Shown: in pieces, positions 26,225-39,890 of the stretch
How positions within the stretch are numbered: position 1 is the stretch's first letter
Layout: each line of letters starts with the position of its first letter
Origin: Octopus vulgaris
Taxonomy: Eukaryota
NCBI GenBank assembly: GCA_951406725.2
Contig: OX597829.1
Span: forward strand, 43,028,001-43,092,000
Reading direction: 5' to 3'
Length of the DNA: 64,000 nt
Position numbers and translations under genes: made by a program
The notes under the pieces: model-generated
Seen by the model: the letters and a program-made list of their open reading frames with translations, nothing else
The model's database searches: none
What the model was told of the DNA's origin: nothing

Positions 26225-26552
26225 GGCACACACAAAGAAAAATATATACGAAAAAGAAAACCGAACAATTGACATATGGACATTAATTTATTGAGACAAA
26301 TTCTCTTTCAAAACACTCTCATACACAGAGAACCTACAATTGTTTCCACGTCCAATTAATTCAAATAAGAAATAATTAAATCAAAGGCTCTTATTGAATA
26401 TAGTTAATTGAGCATTTCGTCGAGGTCTACACGTGATAGAAAATGTAACTACGTTCCAACGTGTTCATTGATCATTGGTTACCTTAGCATTAAATTTAGA
26501 TGCGTGCGCATATGCATTTTAATGTATTTAAAAAAAAACCGTTAGTTGTGTA

Positions 26553-26971
26553 TACTCTTTACTCTTCTTTTACTTGTTTCAGTCATTTGACTGCGGCCAT
26601 GCTGGAGCACCGTCTTTAGTCGAGCAAATCGACCCCGGGACTTATTCTTTGTAAGCCCAGTACTTATTCGATCGGTCTCTTTTGCCGAACCGCTAAGTGA
26701 CGGGGACGTAAACACACCAGCATCTGTTGTCAAGCAATGCTGGGGGGACAAACACAGACACACAAACATAGACACACACACTTATATATATATATATATA
26801 CATATATACGACAGGCTTCTTTCAGTTTCCGTCTACCAAATCTACTCACAAGGCATTGGTCGGCCCGGGGCTATAGCAGAAGACACTTGCCCAAGATGCC
26901 ACGCAGTGGGACTGAACCCAGAACCATGTGGTTGGTTAGCAAGCTACTTACCACACAGCCACTCCTGCGCC
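26553..26971 (-). mobile_element. SINE family A
   Basis: Full-length, near consensus. Confidence 0.92.
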
Positions 26972-27204
26972 TTTAATTTTGTTTCATTATTACTTAATGC
27001 ATTTGTGCGCTACATGTGTTATTACTGTGTTGAAAAACAAAGCAGCCTTTATTTTAGCTATGTACCACATGACCATGACACGAAATTCAGTTTGTTTGCA
27101 TGACACGGTAGCTGTATATATTACGTCAGCAAGATTTGTGTACAATATATATTTTTTTAATATTATTTTATTTTTCATTATGATAATATCCATGATGTTC
27201 TTAG

Positions 27205-27599
<395 letters not shown>

Positions 27600-27844
27600 T
27601 ATATATATATTATTTATTCTTTCCTACTCTAGGCACAATGTCCGAAATTTTGGGGGAGGGGCTATTCGATTAGATCGACTCCAGTACGAAGCTGGTACTT
27701 AATTTATCGACCCTGAAAGGCTGAAAGGCAAAGTTGACCTCAGAAATATCGGATAGGCCACCTAACAGCTCCTTTGTTTTTCAACACATTAACGCATGCT
27801 CAGTCACAAATACATTAAATAATAATAAAACAAAACTACATACA

Positions 27845-28210
27845 GGCGTAGGAGTGGCTGTGTGGTAATTAGCTTGCTAACCAACCACATGGTTCCTGGT
27901 TCAATCCTACTACGTGGCACCTTGGGCAAGTGTCTTCTACTATAGCCTAGGGCCAACCAAAGCCTTGTGAGTGGGTTTGATAGACGGAAACTGAAGGAAG
28001 CTCACCGTATATATGTATATATATGTGTGTCCCTCCAACATCGCTTGACAACCCATGCTGGTGTGTTTACGTTCCCGTAACTTAGCGGTTCGGCAAAAGA
28101 GAGCGATTGAACAATAACTTACAAAAGAATAAGTCCTGGGGTTGATTTGCTCGACTAGAGGCGGTGCTCCAGCATGGCCACATTCAAATGACTGAAACAA
28201 GTAAAAGAGT
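27845..28210 (+). mobile_element. SINE family A (more diverged copy)
   Basis: Head, body and tail present with deletions. Confidence 0.9.
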
Positions 28211-28364
28211 ATGCAAAAGTAACGGCTTTTAAAAATACATTAGTATGCACATGCGCACGCATCTAAATTTAATAATACTGAGTCAACCAATCATCAATCA
28301 ACACACTGGGATGTTAATTCTGACCTCGACGAAATGCTCAATTAACTATATTCAATAAGAATAT

Positions 28365-28742
28365 GCAAGGCGGCGAGCTGGTAGAAAATGCAAGGCGGCG
28401 AGCTGGCAGACGCAAGGCGGCGAGCTGGCAGACGCAAGGCGGCGAGCTGGCAGACGCAAGGCGGCGAGCTGGCAGACGCAAGGCGGCGAGCTGGCAGACG
28501 CAAGGCGGCGAGCTGGCAGACGCAAGGCGGCGAGCTGGCAGACTCGTTAGCACGCCGGGCGAAATGCGTAGCCGTATTCCGTCTGCCGTTACGTTCTGGG
28601 TTCAAATTCCGCCGAGGTCGACTTTGCCTTTCATCCTTTCGGGATCGATTAAATAAGTACCAGTTACGCCCTGGGGTCGATGTAATCGACATAATCCGTT
28701 TGTCCCCTCTGTGTTTAGCCCCTTGTGGGCAGTAGTGAAATA
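28365..28742 (+). mobile_element. SINE family B with 8x amplified 22-bp head
   Basis: GCAAGGCGGCGAGCTGGCAGAC x8 (28365-28543), then the normal body; TSD TATATTCAATA(A/G)GAAT. Confidence 0.92.
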
Positions 28743-28900
28743 TATATTCAATAGGAATCTTTAATTTAATTATTTCTTATTTGAATTAATTTGACTTGTA
28801 AAACAATTGAAGGTTCGATGAGTTTGATATCGTTTGAAATTGGATTTGTTTTAATAGATAAATGTTTACATTAAATAATAATAAAACAAAACTACATACA

Positions 28901-29065
28901 GGCGTAGGAGTGGCTGTGTGGTAAGTAGCTTGTTTACCAACCGCATGGTTCCAGGTTCAGTCCCACTGCGTGGCACCTTGGGCAAGTGTCTTCTACTATA
29001 GCCTCGGGCCGACCAGAGCCTTGTGAGTGGATTTGGTAGACGGAAACTGAAAGAAGCCCGTCGTA

Positions 29066-29109
<44 letters not shown>

Positions 29110-29341
29110 CGTATGTTTGTGTGTCTGTGTTTGTCCCCCCCCCCCAGCATTGCTTGACAACCGATGCTGGTGTGTTTACGTCCACATCACTTAGCGGTTC
29201 GGCAAAAGAGACCGATAGAATAAGTACTGGGCTTACAAAAAGAATAAGTCCCGGGGTCAAGTTGCTCGACTAAAAGGCGGTGCTCCAGCATGGCCGCAGT
29301 CAAATGACTGAAACAAGTATAAGAGTAAAGAGTAAAAGAGT
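28901..29341 (+). mobile_element. SINE family A
   Basis: Full-length, near consensus. Confidence 0.92.
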
Positions 29342-30306
29342 ATGTCAATTTCTTCGTTTTCGTTTTCTTATACTTGAATGATAATATACCCGTATCCATC
29401 AATGTGAAGCTAACGTCTTTTAATATTTCATTGGTACACTGAATAAAAGCGGGGTACTGGGATGCTGACATACCTTTAAGTGGTATCTATATTAATTGAA
29501 ATAATTAACTACATACATGCATGCATACATACATACATACATACATACATTACATACATATATGCATACACATATACATACATACATACATACATACAAC
29601 CATACACACACACATACATACATGCACGCATACATACATACATACATACATACATACATACATACAACCATACATACATACACACACACATACATACATG
29701 CACGCATACATACATACATACATACATACATACATACATACATACATACATACATACAACCATACATACATACATACATACACACATACATACATACATA
29801 CATACATACATACATACATACATACATACAACCATACATACATACATACATACATACATACAACCATACATACATACATACATACATACATACATACATA
29901 CATACATACATACATACATACGTACATGCATGCATACATATATTCTTTTATAAGCTCCCGCCCAATGGCTGTGACCATCCAAGCGCAGCACTTGTGTTCT
30001 CACCTTTTCAATAGCCATTCTTTTGTTGGCTTTTACAGGTGCGTGCGCACACATACACACACACACACACGCATACAAGCACACATACACACACACACAC
30101 ACCCACACACACACACCCACACCCACACCCACACACACACACACACACACACAAGGAGCACATACTCTCTCTCTCTCTCTCACACACACAGGGCGTAAAT
30201 ATACAAATGGCAATAATCTATTTTTCTTCTCATTATTGCTACTCGCTTATCACATTTTCTTTCCTCCAAGATGTACGGATTCTCAGTACACTTGTACTTG
30301 ATCACG

Positions 30307-30352
<46 letters not shown>

Positions 30353-30635
30353 GTGTATGAATGTGTCTGTGTTTGTATGTTTTCGTAACGCGAATTTGTT
30401 TGATCTTTCTTCCATATTTCCGTTTGCTACTTTCGTTTAGTCTGTCCCAATAAAATTCGATAATCGATTTTTGTTGTTTCTTGAGCGTTTCGGTCTCAAT
30501 TGTAGGCCTTCTAAGGCCTGAGCTTTCGATAGGAGGGCGTAAGTCGATTATATCGATCCCAGCTCGTAAATAATATTTGCATATTATCCATCCTGAAATA
30601 ATGAACTCAGAACGCAAAGACGGGCGAAATGCCAC

Positions 30636-30698
<63 letters not shown>

Positions 30699-30701
<3 letters not shown>

Positions 30702-32581
30702 GCGCAGAAATCTCAGCACCGCATGGATTGACTATAAAAAGGCCTTCGACAGTATACCGCATCCATGGATCTTGAGATCGCTGGACATCTTCAAAATTTC
30801 CCCTGTGATTTCAAACTTCCTGAAGCACAATATGTCGTTGTGGAATACGAATCTCCAATTATACCACTCTAATGGAGTACTTGCCTCAGAAAATATAAAC
30901 ATCAACTGTGGAATTGTTCAAGGTGACTCACTTTCACCTTTAATATTCTGCATAGCCCTAATACCCCTTACTAGTGAATTAAACAGAACAGGGTATGGGT
31001 ATAAAATTGCCAATAAAAAAATAAGCCATCTATTTTATATGGATGACTTAAAACTTTATGGTAAAAACAATAATGAACTTGAAGGCCTATTGCGCACCGT
31101 GAAAGCATTCAGCGATGACATCGGGATGGAGTTTGGACTTGAGAAGTGTGCCAAGGCCACTTTCCAGAAAGGGAAAGTGAAGACCACAAATTCAGTCGTG
31201 TTAGATGTTGACACAGTCATAAGAGAGCTTGAGCAAGAACAAACATACAAATATTTAGGGATAAATGAAGGCTCTGGCATTCAGCATGCAAGCATGAAAG
31301 AGAAGATCAGGAAGGAATGTTATAGGAGAGTTCGTGCAGTCCTGAAATCTGAACTAAATGCACGTAACAAGGTGTTAGCTATAAATTCCTTAGCAGTTCC
31401 AGTTGTTACTTATAGCTACAATGTGTTGAACTGGAATATGAGTGAAGTAAAGAATATAGATGGGAAAATACGCAAGCTGCTGAGTTGTAATAGGATGCAC
31501 CACCCAAAGGCAAACGTAGATCGCCTTTACTTTCCCAGAGCCCAAGGAGGTCGAGGTCTGATCCAATTTGAACTAGCTTACAAAACAACCACAATTGGAC
31601 TGGCCAAATATCTCGAAATATCGAATGACTGGATGCTAAAGCTCGTGGAAAATCACGAGAGACGAAAGAAGCTTCATTCTATCATAAAGGAAAGCAAAAA
31701 ATTTGCTATTGATCTCGTGCAGGATACCCAAACTGAACAACCCGAGGGAAGTACGGCAACTATTGTTGCAAAGAAGGTGAAAATGATGGCAACGAAAAAA
31801 GCGCACGAGCAATTGGCTGATAGGTGGGAGGAGAAACCTCTGCACGGCAAATATGTGACCCGCAGCAAACAAGCTGATGTTGACCAGAAGCAAACCCATC
31901 AGTGGCTACGGAGCTCAGGGCTAAAAGCAGAGAGCGAAGGTTTCATCCTGGCTGCTCAAGATCAAAGCCTATTAACCCGGAACTACCAGAGTGAAAAATG
32001 GAGCAGACCCAAAATGCCGATTCTGCAACGACATGATTGAAACAGTGGACCATCTAATCTCTGGATGTAAAGTCTTAGCACCAGTGGAGTATAAATTAAG
32101 ACATGACAGAGTTGGCCAATATCTCCACTGGCTAATAAGTCGGCATTACAATATCAAAACTGCCGACAAGTGGTATAATCACCACCCTAAGGCTGTAACT
32201 GAAGGAGAAAATGTAACCATTCTGTGGGACTTTCCAGTACATACAGACCGAACCATCAAGGCCAATAAACCAGATATTGTTGTGAAAGACCAAAACAATA
32301 AAGTTTGCTTATTGATCGACATGAGCATCCCTTGTGATCATAATATCTCGGCGAAAGAGTTTGACAAGCTCAGAAAATATAAAGACCTACTCATTGAAAT
32401 TGAGAAAATGTGGCATCTCAAGGCGGTTACAATACCAGTGATCGTAGGAGCACTAGGAATGATCAAGAAGGGAACCGAAAATTATATGAGAATGATCCCT
32501 GGCTTACCATCCCTGCAAGAAGTGCAAAAGATTGTCTTAACTGGTACATCACACGTATTGAGAAGAGCAGTGTCGATGTGA
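30699..32581 (+). pseudogene. RT plus CCHC plus restriction-like endonuclease ORF of a 5'-truncated R4/Dong-type LINE (one frameshift near 31990)
   Basis: AWIDYKKAFDS, QGDSLSP, YMDDLK, YKYLG, GGRGL, KPLHG, CRFC..ETVDHLISGC, RHD, NKPDIV, LIDMSIP, KYKDL; continues from ORF 30577-32040 into ORF 31991-32581. Confidence 0.95.
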
Positions 32582-32767
32582 GAACTGTTGCTGCTCATGT
32601 ATTTTAATTTAACTTAAACAAAAAAAATTTAAAAATTTAAAAAAATGAACGAACTATTGAGTTTGGTTTAATGGCCTACCAATGTATACTATGAGTTTCA
32701 TTGCCCTAGGAGTCGGGAAGACACTCGGCAAGAAATGGAAGCAAATTTGAAAGAAGAAAAAAAAAAG
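30699..32767 (+). mobile_element. R4/Dong-type non-LTR retrotransposon inserted in (AAT)n
   Basis: ORF above plus about 185 bp of 3' UTR ending in an A-run; (AAT)n at 30637-30698 and from 32768. Confidence 0.9.
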
Positions 32768-32786
32768 TAATAATAATAATAATAAT

Positions 32787-32826
<40 letters not shown>

Positions 32827-32874
32827 TGGAAAAAATACCTTAGGAACGAGAACCCATGTTCGACATTTCCCAAA

Positions 32875-32919
32875 GATACATGATGAAGGCTGTAGGGTTT
32901 ATCAGCAAGACATTGTGTT
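32875..32919 (+). ncRNA. Degenerate hammerhead-like motif in a short pLTR-like repeat
   Basis: GATAC-ATGATGA-A-GGCTG(loop)CAGC-AAGAC-ATT-GTGTT; layout kept but C3 and GAAA mutated. Confidence 0.35.
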
Positions 32920-33112
32920 AACAACAAACATGATGAGGACAAATATCTGTCAAATGTAAATAATGTAAATAGTGTACTAAAACGGTTTAATGTATATTAC
33001 TTTAAATGGTTAAGTGATCATGAGTGTTGCGGAACTGACTTTGGGGATTATAGTGGTCAAAGAGTATTTTGAAGAAATGCTGTTCATAAACACACACAAA
33101 CTCACACACACA

Positions 33113-33180
<68 letters not shown>

Positions 33181-34064
33181 AATACACATATATACATACA
33201 TACATACATATATACATACATACATACATACATACATACATACATACATGCATACAAACATACATACATACATACATACATACATACACACATACATACA
33301 CACCAGAAATCTTGAAATAAACTGAATAATAACATACATAGGTTGGAACACTTGGTTTTGTAAGCCAAACTATCAGTCTGGAATGAGATTGGATTTTCAG
33401 AAAGAAAAAAAAAGAAAAAAGAAATCAACTGATTCGTACATTGCAAATAAAACTTGTAAGCGGAACAGTAAAATTATGTAAGACTTTTCTCGGGTTTAAA
33501 ATGTGACATTGTTTTGGTTATTTACATTTCAAAGAAGGAGTTTTGTATCTTTGTTAGAAACCAACTTCCTTCTTGAGAAGAAAAATTTAAATGATTGAAA
33601 ACGGCAGAGACATACATGCATGTGCGTGTATTTATATGCAGTGGTGTTGTGTGTGCGTTTGTATGACGATGAAAAAAAAAAAACGGAAAAGAATCAGCGC
33701 TTTCAAAAATATAGTAACAATAGCTTTCTGAATGTTTTTTCTGTCCGATTGGCTCAACTATCTTGTCATTGTTATCGTTAGAAATGAACTAAGTCACTGA
33801 TGGCTTCCAAGGAAATATAAAATAATTGATGCTGTTGTTCGCAAGTTTGGGGGCATATAATTAAGAATTATATAATTTATCTTCATACTTATTTATCACC
33901 TAGGTGTAAATAGCTAAGAAGATACCGGTGAGACAGGCACCCCTAAACGTTGAGGTACCAATTCTCGTTATGACAATTGATCCATTTAACCTCGGATTTG
34001 TTCATGTGTTCTCATCACCATTACTATCATCGTAATTATTGCACTAGCAAAGAAGGATTCTATG

Positions 34065-34516
34065 GCAAACTCGTTCGAGCACCGGGAAAAAAATCATGCG
34101 GTATTTAGTTAGGGTCTGCCGCTATGTTCTGAGTTCAAATTCCACCGAGGTCGACTTTGCCTTTCATCCTTTCGGGGTCGATTAAATAAATACCAGTTAC
34201 GCACTGGGGTCGATGTAATCGACTCAATCCGTTTGTCTGTCCTTGTTTGTCTCCTCTGTGTTTAGCCCCTTGTGGGTAGTAAAGAAATAGGTATTTAGTT
34301 AAGGTGCTTTACATTTTAACTTCATATCTCGCCGACGTCAACTTTGCTTTTCATCCCTTCACTGTGGAGTATAATAGAGCAAGTCCGCCGAGGTCGACTT
34401 TGCCTTTCATCCTTTCGGTATCAACAAATTACGTACCAGTTGGGTACTGAGGTCGATCTAATCGACTGGCTCCCTCCCCCAAAATTTCAGTCCTTGTGCC
34501 TAGAATAGAAAAGAAT
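34065..34516 (+). mobile_element. Nested SINE B cluster (young copy inside an old copy, plus a copy with the alternative tail)
   Basis: Insert at about 34112-34289 flanked by GGTATTTAGTTA direct repeats; 34384-34516 ends CCTTGTGCCTAGAATAGAAAAGAAT. Confidence 0.85.
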
Positions 34517-35226
34517 ATAATAGAGGAAGTTAGCTCGCAAAATCTATTTAACCATTCTTACCTGTACTAAAAATCTCTCTTGCATAAACGGTTGCTTCTA
34601 TTATGCCACTGCTCTAATTTTCAAGTCTAACGACTGTTAAGAAGCGTCTCTTTTTGGATCAGTAATTATTATAGTTGCTGCTACAGTTGGCGTCAACAGA
34701 ATATAGTGCCAGTCAAGTACTGAGGTCGATGTCATCGACTAAAGCCCTTTCCAAGAAGTTTTTGCCCTTCAGCCTTATTTAAAAATGGCGGCGGATTAGC
34801 AGACTCGGTAAAGCGTCAGAAATTATGCTTTTCAATATTTATTACCATTATTTATGTTCGGCGTTCAAATCTCGCTGAGGTAAACTTAACGTTTTAAAAC
34901 TTATGGAACCTATAAAATAAAGCACCAGTCCAGTACTGAGTTTTTGTAAACTGCCAAATCCCCCACGTCAAAATTTCTCATTTTGTATCTAAATTCGAAA
35001 ATAAAACAAAGCGACGAACGTGTATGAGCCTTTCTAGAAGCTAAAAATATCAACCAAATCAACCTGTAACTTACCAGCAAAAACCTGATTCAATATTGAG
35101 GACTGGGATCCTCTTTTTCGTGAATGCTAAAACACAGGTAGTTTTGGCTTGAATGTTTTGACCGTAATTCAACTTGATTATAACCCACATCTGACTGGAC
35201 AATATACATACATATATGTATATATC

Positions 35227-35258
<32 letters not shown>

Positions 35259-35315
35259 TGTATGTATGTATGTATGTATGTATGTATTATGTATGTATGC
35301 ATGCATGCATACATG

Positions 35316-35382
<67 letters not shown>

Positions 35383-35680
35383 TCTTTGCCGAACTCTCAG
35401 GTTATAAAGACGTCCAGAAGCTAACTTTCCTTATCACTGTTCGATTTCTTTGCGTGCATGGGGACAATAACAACACCATTGTTGGAAATGTTAAGCTTTG
35501 CACAATTGCGTCATCGGCTCTAAATCGCAACCAAATCTATACAACTTCTCACTGTCATGAAATAAAACGGAACGATATATTAGATGACTTCGTTTGGGAT
35601 TTTGAGCTATATATTGACAAAAAAAACCCCCTGATGGTGATGGCTGGAATACTATTGATCTTAGGTCTGTTCGATGAGGT

Positions 35681-35713
<33 letters not shown>

Positions 35714-36275
35714 ACAGCAACAACAACTACAGCAGCAGCTAGAAATATAATTCAACCAAAAGTAACAACCTCTATCCAGTTGTATGTACACCGTGCAAAA
35801 ATAGAAACCAAATAACTCTACTATCACATAATACTGCCTTTAAAACAAGGTGACATGCATGATTATGTAAAAAGAAAACAAAAAAAATCATTGATTATAT
35901 CATTGACTCATATCCTGTTATTGTATAAAATTTCGAAATTTCATGATAATTATGATTGACTATGGAAGCCATTATCTAGGATATATAAAGATGGGAGACT
36001 TAAGGCTTGAATGCCTACTGGATCAGACTATAGGAAATACCCCTTAGGCGAGTAATCACATTTTTTTTTCGTGAGGGTTTGAAATCGTTTTTTGCAAAGT
36101 ATCATTGCATCATTTTATTGACCAAATAATGATAAAATACCACAGTTATTCCTGGTGGATGAATTGATGCCAGCACATAAAACGGACGAGAGAAAATACT
36201 GCCAGTTATTAAACTGTGGTTCTCCATTGTTTCTGGGTTAATATGATCGTCGTAAAGAATGCAATGATAACCGTG

Positions 36276-36343
<68 letters not shown>

Positions 36344-37335
36344 ACATGCATGTACACGTGTGTTTTCTTTCCAAAGTTATTCGACTTAAAACTCTGTACA
36401 TAACGTGCGTTAATAAACAACAACACAGTTAGTGTGCTCGTGAGGTCGGTCAAAATAAAAGGTTACTTGTTTAAGTTCTGAATTATTATTCGCTTAACAG
36501 TTATCTCAATTTTGTTTACACGCTTTAACAGTTGACTTGAGGCAATGTTTTGAAAGATTTTGAAAGGAAAGGAGCTAGACAATAGTTGTGATATATTTGA
36601 AATAGAAAAGAGAGAGTACTTCGATACTTGAATGCTTAATTAATGTCGTATTATCGACTGCAATAGAAGCAGCATGTCAGGTTACAGAGGGAAACACACA
36701 CACACACACACCACAAACGACTCCTACACCCTTCACACGCATGTGCGTTCAGTATACACAATATACACAACCATAAAACAAACATACATATACAGACATA
36801 TGAATGAGTATATAAATTTATATATATATGTACATAAATACACATACTGTATATACTGTATATATATTTATATATGATATACACAGAAATGCAACACTCA
36901 CCTAGGCCCCAAACACGCAAATGTATATACTTATGTATGCGTATGACTGCGCGTGAGCGTGTGTATATTTGTGTGTTTGTGCAAGGAGACAGTTCATGTG
37001 TATTTATATTTCTGCATGTGCTGAGTAGAGTTTATTAAGAATTAAAAGTCTGATAGATACATTAAAGCCAGCTAAGCTTGTCATCTTACTTTCAAGCTAA
37101 AGGTAAAAATTGTATCATTAAATATAAGGAAGTCGAAGAAAGACACTAAAATGAAATAAATGAAATAAAGCAAGCATAGTATTTGAATTCGATAGTGTAA
37201 ATTATTTTGATCAAGGAAACCCATGAGCAATGTAGTTCCAAGTTTGACCAACCCATTTTTTTCTCCTCGGGCATCATATATCTACCACTGTTTTTGCTGA
37301 TGTATCCACTGTTTTCAAAAACGGTATGATATATG

Positions 37336-37563
37336 TATTTCTTTACTGCCCACAAGGGGCTAAACATAGAGGGGACAAACAAGGACAGACAAAGGAATTA
37401 AGTCGATTACATCGACTCCAGTGAGAAACTGGTACTTTATTTATCGACCCCGAAAGGATGAAAGGCAAAGTCGACCTCGGCGGAATTTGAACTCAGAACG
37501 TAACGACAGACGAAATACGGCTACGCATTTCGCCCGGCGTGCTAACGTTTCTGCCAGCTCGCT
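37336..37563 (-). mobile_element. SINE family B with 13-bp TSD
   Basis: TSD GGTATGATATATG at 37323-37335 and 37564-37576. Confidence 0.93.
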
Positions 37564-37756
37564 GGTATGATATATGATGAGCTACAGGCTGCTGCTAAAA
37601 CAGCATTGTTACAACCATGAAATAGTATTGTGGATTGGAAAGATATTTCAATTTCTATTCATTTTCATTCCTAAGGTACTTGTGTAATAACCATAAGCGT
37701 CGCAATGCCATACTTGTGCTCAGGTATAAAGATTTGATTTTCGTGCTTATGTAAGA

Positions 37757-38152
37757 CTAGCAGTATCGCCCAGCGTTGCTCGGGTTTATAAGGGAAATAA
37801 CTATATAAGCATTTTTAGAGAGTTATAGCCAAAAAATAGCAAAAAAATGCATTAAAAATGGAAAAAAATTATGGTAATTTTTTTTTTAAATCGTTGATTC
37901 ATCGTAGACATTTTTAGAGAATTACTTCCCTTATATAATAGCGAAAAAAATGCATTAAAATGGAAAAAAATGATGGTAAATATTTTTTCAAATCGTAGAC
38001 TCATCGTAGACGCGCGCTAATACCCAGAAGGGCTCAATATGAATCACGACTATAAGATACCCGGTTTTGGTTAAACTGCACCGCAAAATGTGGGAGTAGT
38101 TGAGAATCTAAATCGTAGGAGACAGACACAACTTCACTTTTATATATAAAGA
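37757..38152 (-). mobile_element. Non-autonomous Helitron-like element
   Basis: Minus strand starts A|TCTTTATATATAAA and ends CCCGAGCAACGCTGGGCGATACTGCTAG|T; the 3' ~130 bp is shared with 25722-26104. Confidence 0.8.
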
Positions 38153-38618
38153 TATATTTGCTGAGACAAACAAGCATATCTCGTTTAAAATTACTGTTTT
38201 AATATACTGTATGAAACCATTTTACACCATTGCCGTGAGCGAAATATTTTCGGAGTGTTATACATATTCATGGACGCAAAATAAACAGAAAACCAATTTA
38301 TCACAAACGTATTCTCATACATCAATCAAAAGTGTTATTGTCAAGATAAAATTATTTAATCTCTTTTCTGAACCTCTACTGATGAAAGGGTCCTGAGAGG
38401 TTTTCTTATAAGCTTCTTCCTTAAAAGCAATAATAATAATTCCTTAAATCCAACAAAATAAAATACTCGGCATTTCAATAATTTTTCTCATTGATTTCAG
38501 GGATGAACTGTACAAAATACAAATATTACTTAGACATAGACCGAGACGCTGAAAATTAAATGTATTGGCCATAGACATGCCGTGATGTCAATGGTCAAAT
38601 TATTTCTAGTAACAACTT

Positions 38619-39005
38619 GGTGGAGGCGCAATGGCCCAGTGGTTAGGGCAGCGGACTCGCGGTCGTAGGATCGCGGTTTCGATTCCCAGACCAGGCGTTG
38701 TGAGTGTTTATTGAGCGAAAACACCTAAGGCTCCACGAGGCTCCGGCAGAGATGGTGGTGATCCCTGCTGTACTCTTTCACCACAACTTTCTCTCACCCT
38801 TACTTCCTGTTTCTGTTGTACCTGTATTTCAAAGGGCCGGCCTTGTCACTCTCTGTGTCACGCTGAATATCCCCGAGAACTACGTTAAGGGTACACGTGT
38901 CTGTGGAGTGCTCAGCCACTTACACGTTAATTTCACGAGCAGGCTGTTCCGTTGATTCGGATCAACCGGAACCCTCGTCGTCGTAACCGACGGAGTGCTT
39001 CCCCC
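38619..39005 (+). mobile_element. SINE family C with 11-bp TSD
   Basis: TSD AGTAACAACTT at 38608-38618 and 39006-39016. Confidence 0.93.
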
Positions 39006-39146
39006 AGTAACAACTTATTTAATCGACTTAGTACATAAACAGAAGGTTAATTTTAAAGCAGTTAGCTGAATGTTCGTTTATACAATTATACGTTTCAGCC
39101 TTCATTCTGTAGCTATGCTGGAGTACCACCAGTGAAATATATTGCT

Positions 39147-39217
39147 TGCATCGGCTAGGAATCGAACCTCTGCCACTCGCGTGACAGGTGAGCATTCTAC
39201 CACTGTACCACCGACGC
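39147..39217 (-). pseudogene. tRNA-Gly(GCC)-derived pseudogene carrying a GTC (Asp) anticodon
   Basis: GCGTCGGTGGTACAGTGGTAGAATGCTCACCT-GTC-ACGCGAGTGGCAGAGGTTCGATTCCTAGCCGATGCA. The body resembles metazoan tRNA-Gly; mismatches in the D, anticodon and T stems. Confidence 0.8.
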
Positions 39218-39838
39218 TAAGATGATTTTAATCATTTCTGTAATTATGGAAGATGGCTATAAACAGATTTTGGACTTATTAGATGTCTTCAACTTGAAGC
39301 TGAGAATTCTATTGTCAAATATAAGACTTTGCTTTCACATATTTCTCATTTATTTCCATACAAACTAAATTATCCAACTAGAAATAGCAGCCAAATTTCA
39401 AACTCAATCTACCGCTTCATAAACGCAAGACAAGTTTCATAAAATATCTCTTTTACATGATTCAGTCATTAGACTGCGGCAATGCTGGAGTACCGCCTTG
39501 GAGAACTTTTTGTCGAATGAATTGACCACAGTACAGTTTTTAAGACTCGTACTTCTTTTATCGATATTTTACCGAAGCACTAAGTTACGGAAACGTAAAT
39601 GCACCGACACCGGATGTTAAGTGATGATAAATACACACACACACACAAACATACATATGCAGATACAAAGAAACACACTCACATATATACGACAGACTTC
39701 TTTTCAGTTTGCATCTAAATTTACTCTCAAGGTTTTGGTCGGCCGAGACTATAGCAGAAAACATTTGCCCAAAGTGTCACGTATTGAGACTGAACCCGGA
39801 GCCATATGGTTGGGCAGCAAGCTTCTAACAGAGCCATG

Positions 39839-39890
<52 letters not shown>

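Noticed and set aside
28365-28543. CRISPR-like appearance of the 22-bp repeats (also the 14-bp repeats at 62-158)
   Set aside because: No spacers, no cas genes and a eukaryotic context; explained by the SINE head and the TIR motif.
35385-35750. Open frame with a hydrophobic stretch and poly-His/Gln, possible exon ending GAG|GTAAAT
   Set aside because: No recognisable domain or clear acceptor; the His/Gln runs are (CAT)n/(CAA)n microsatellites.
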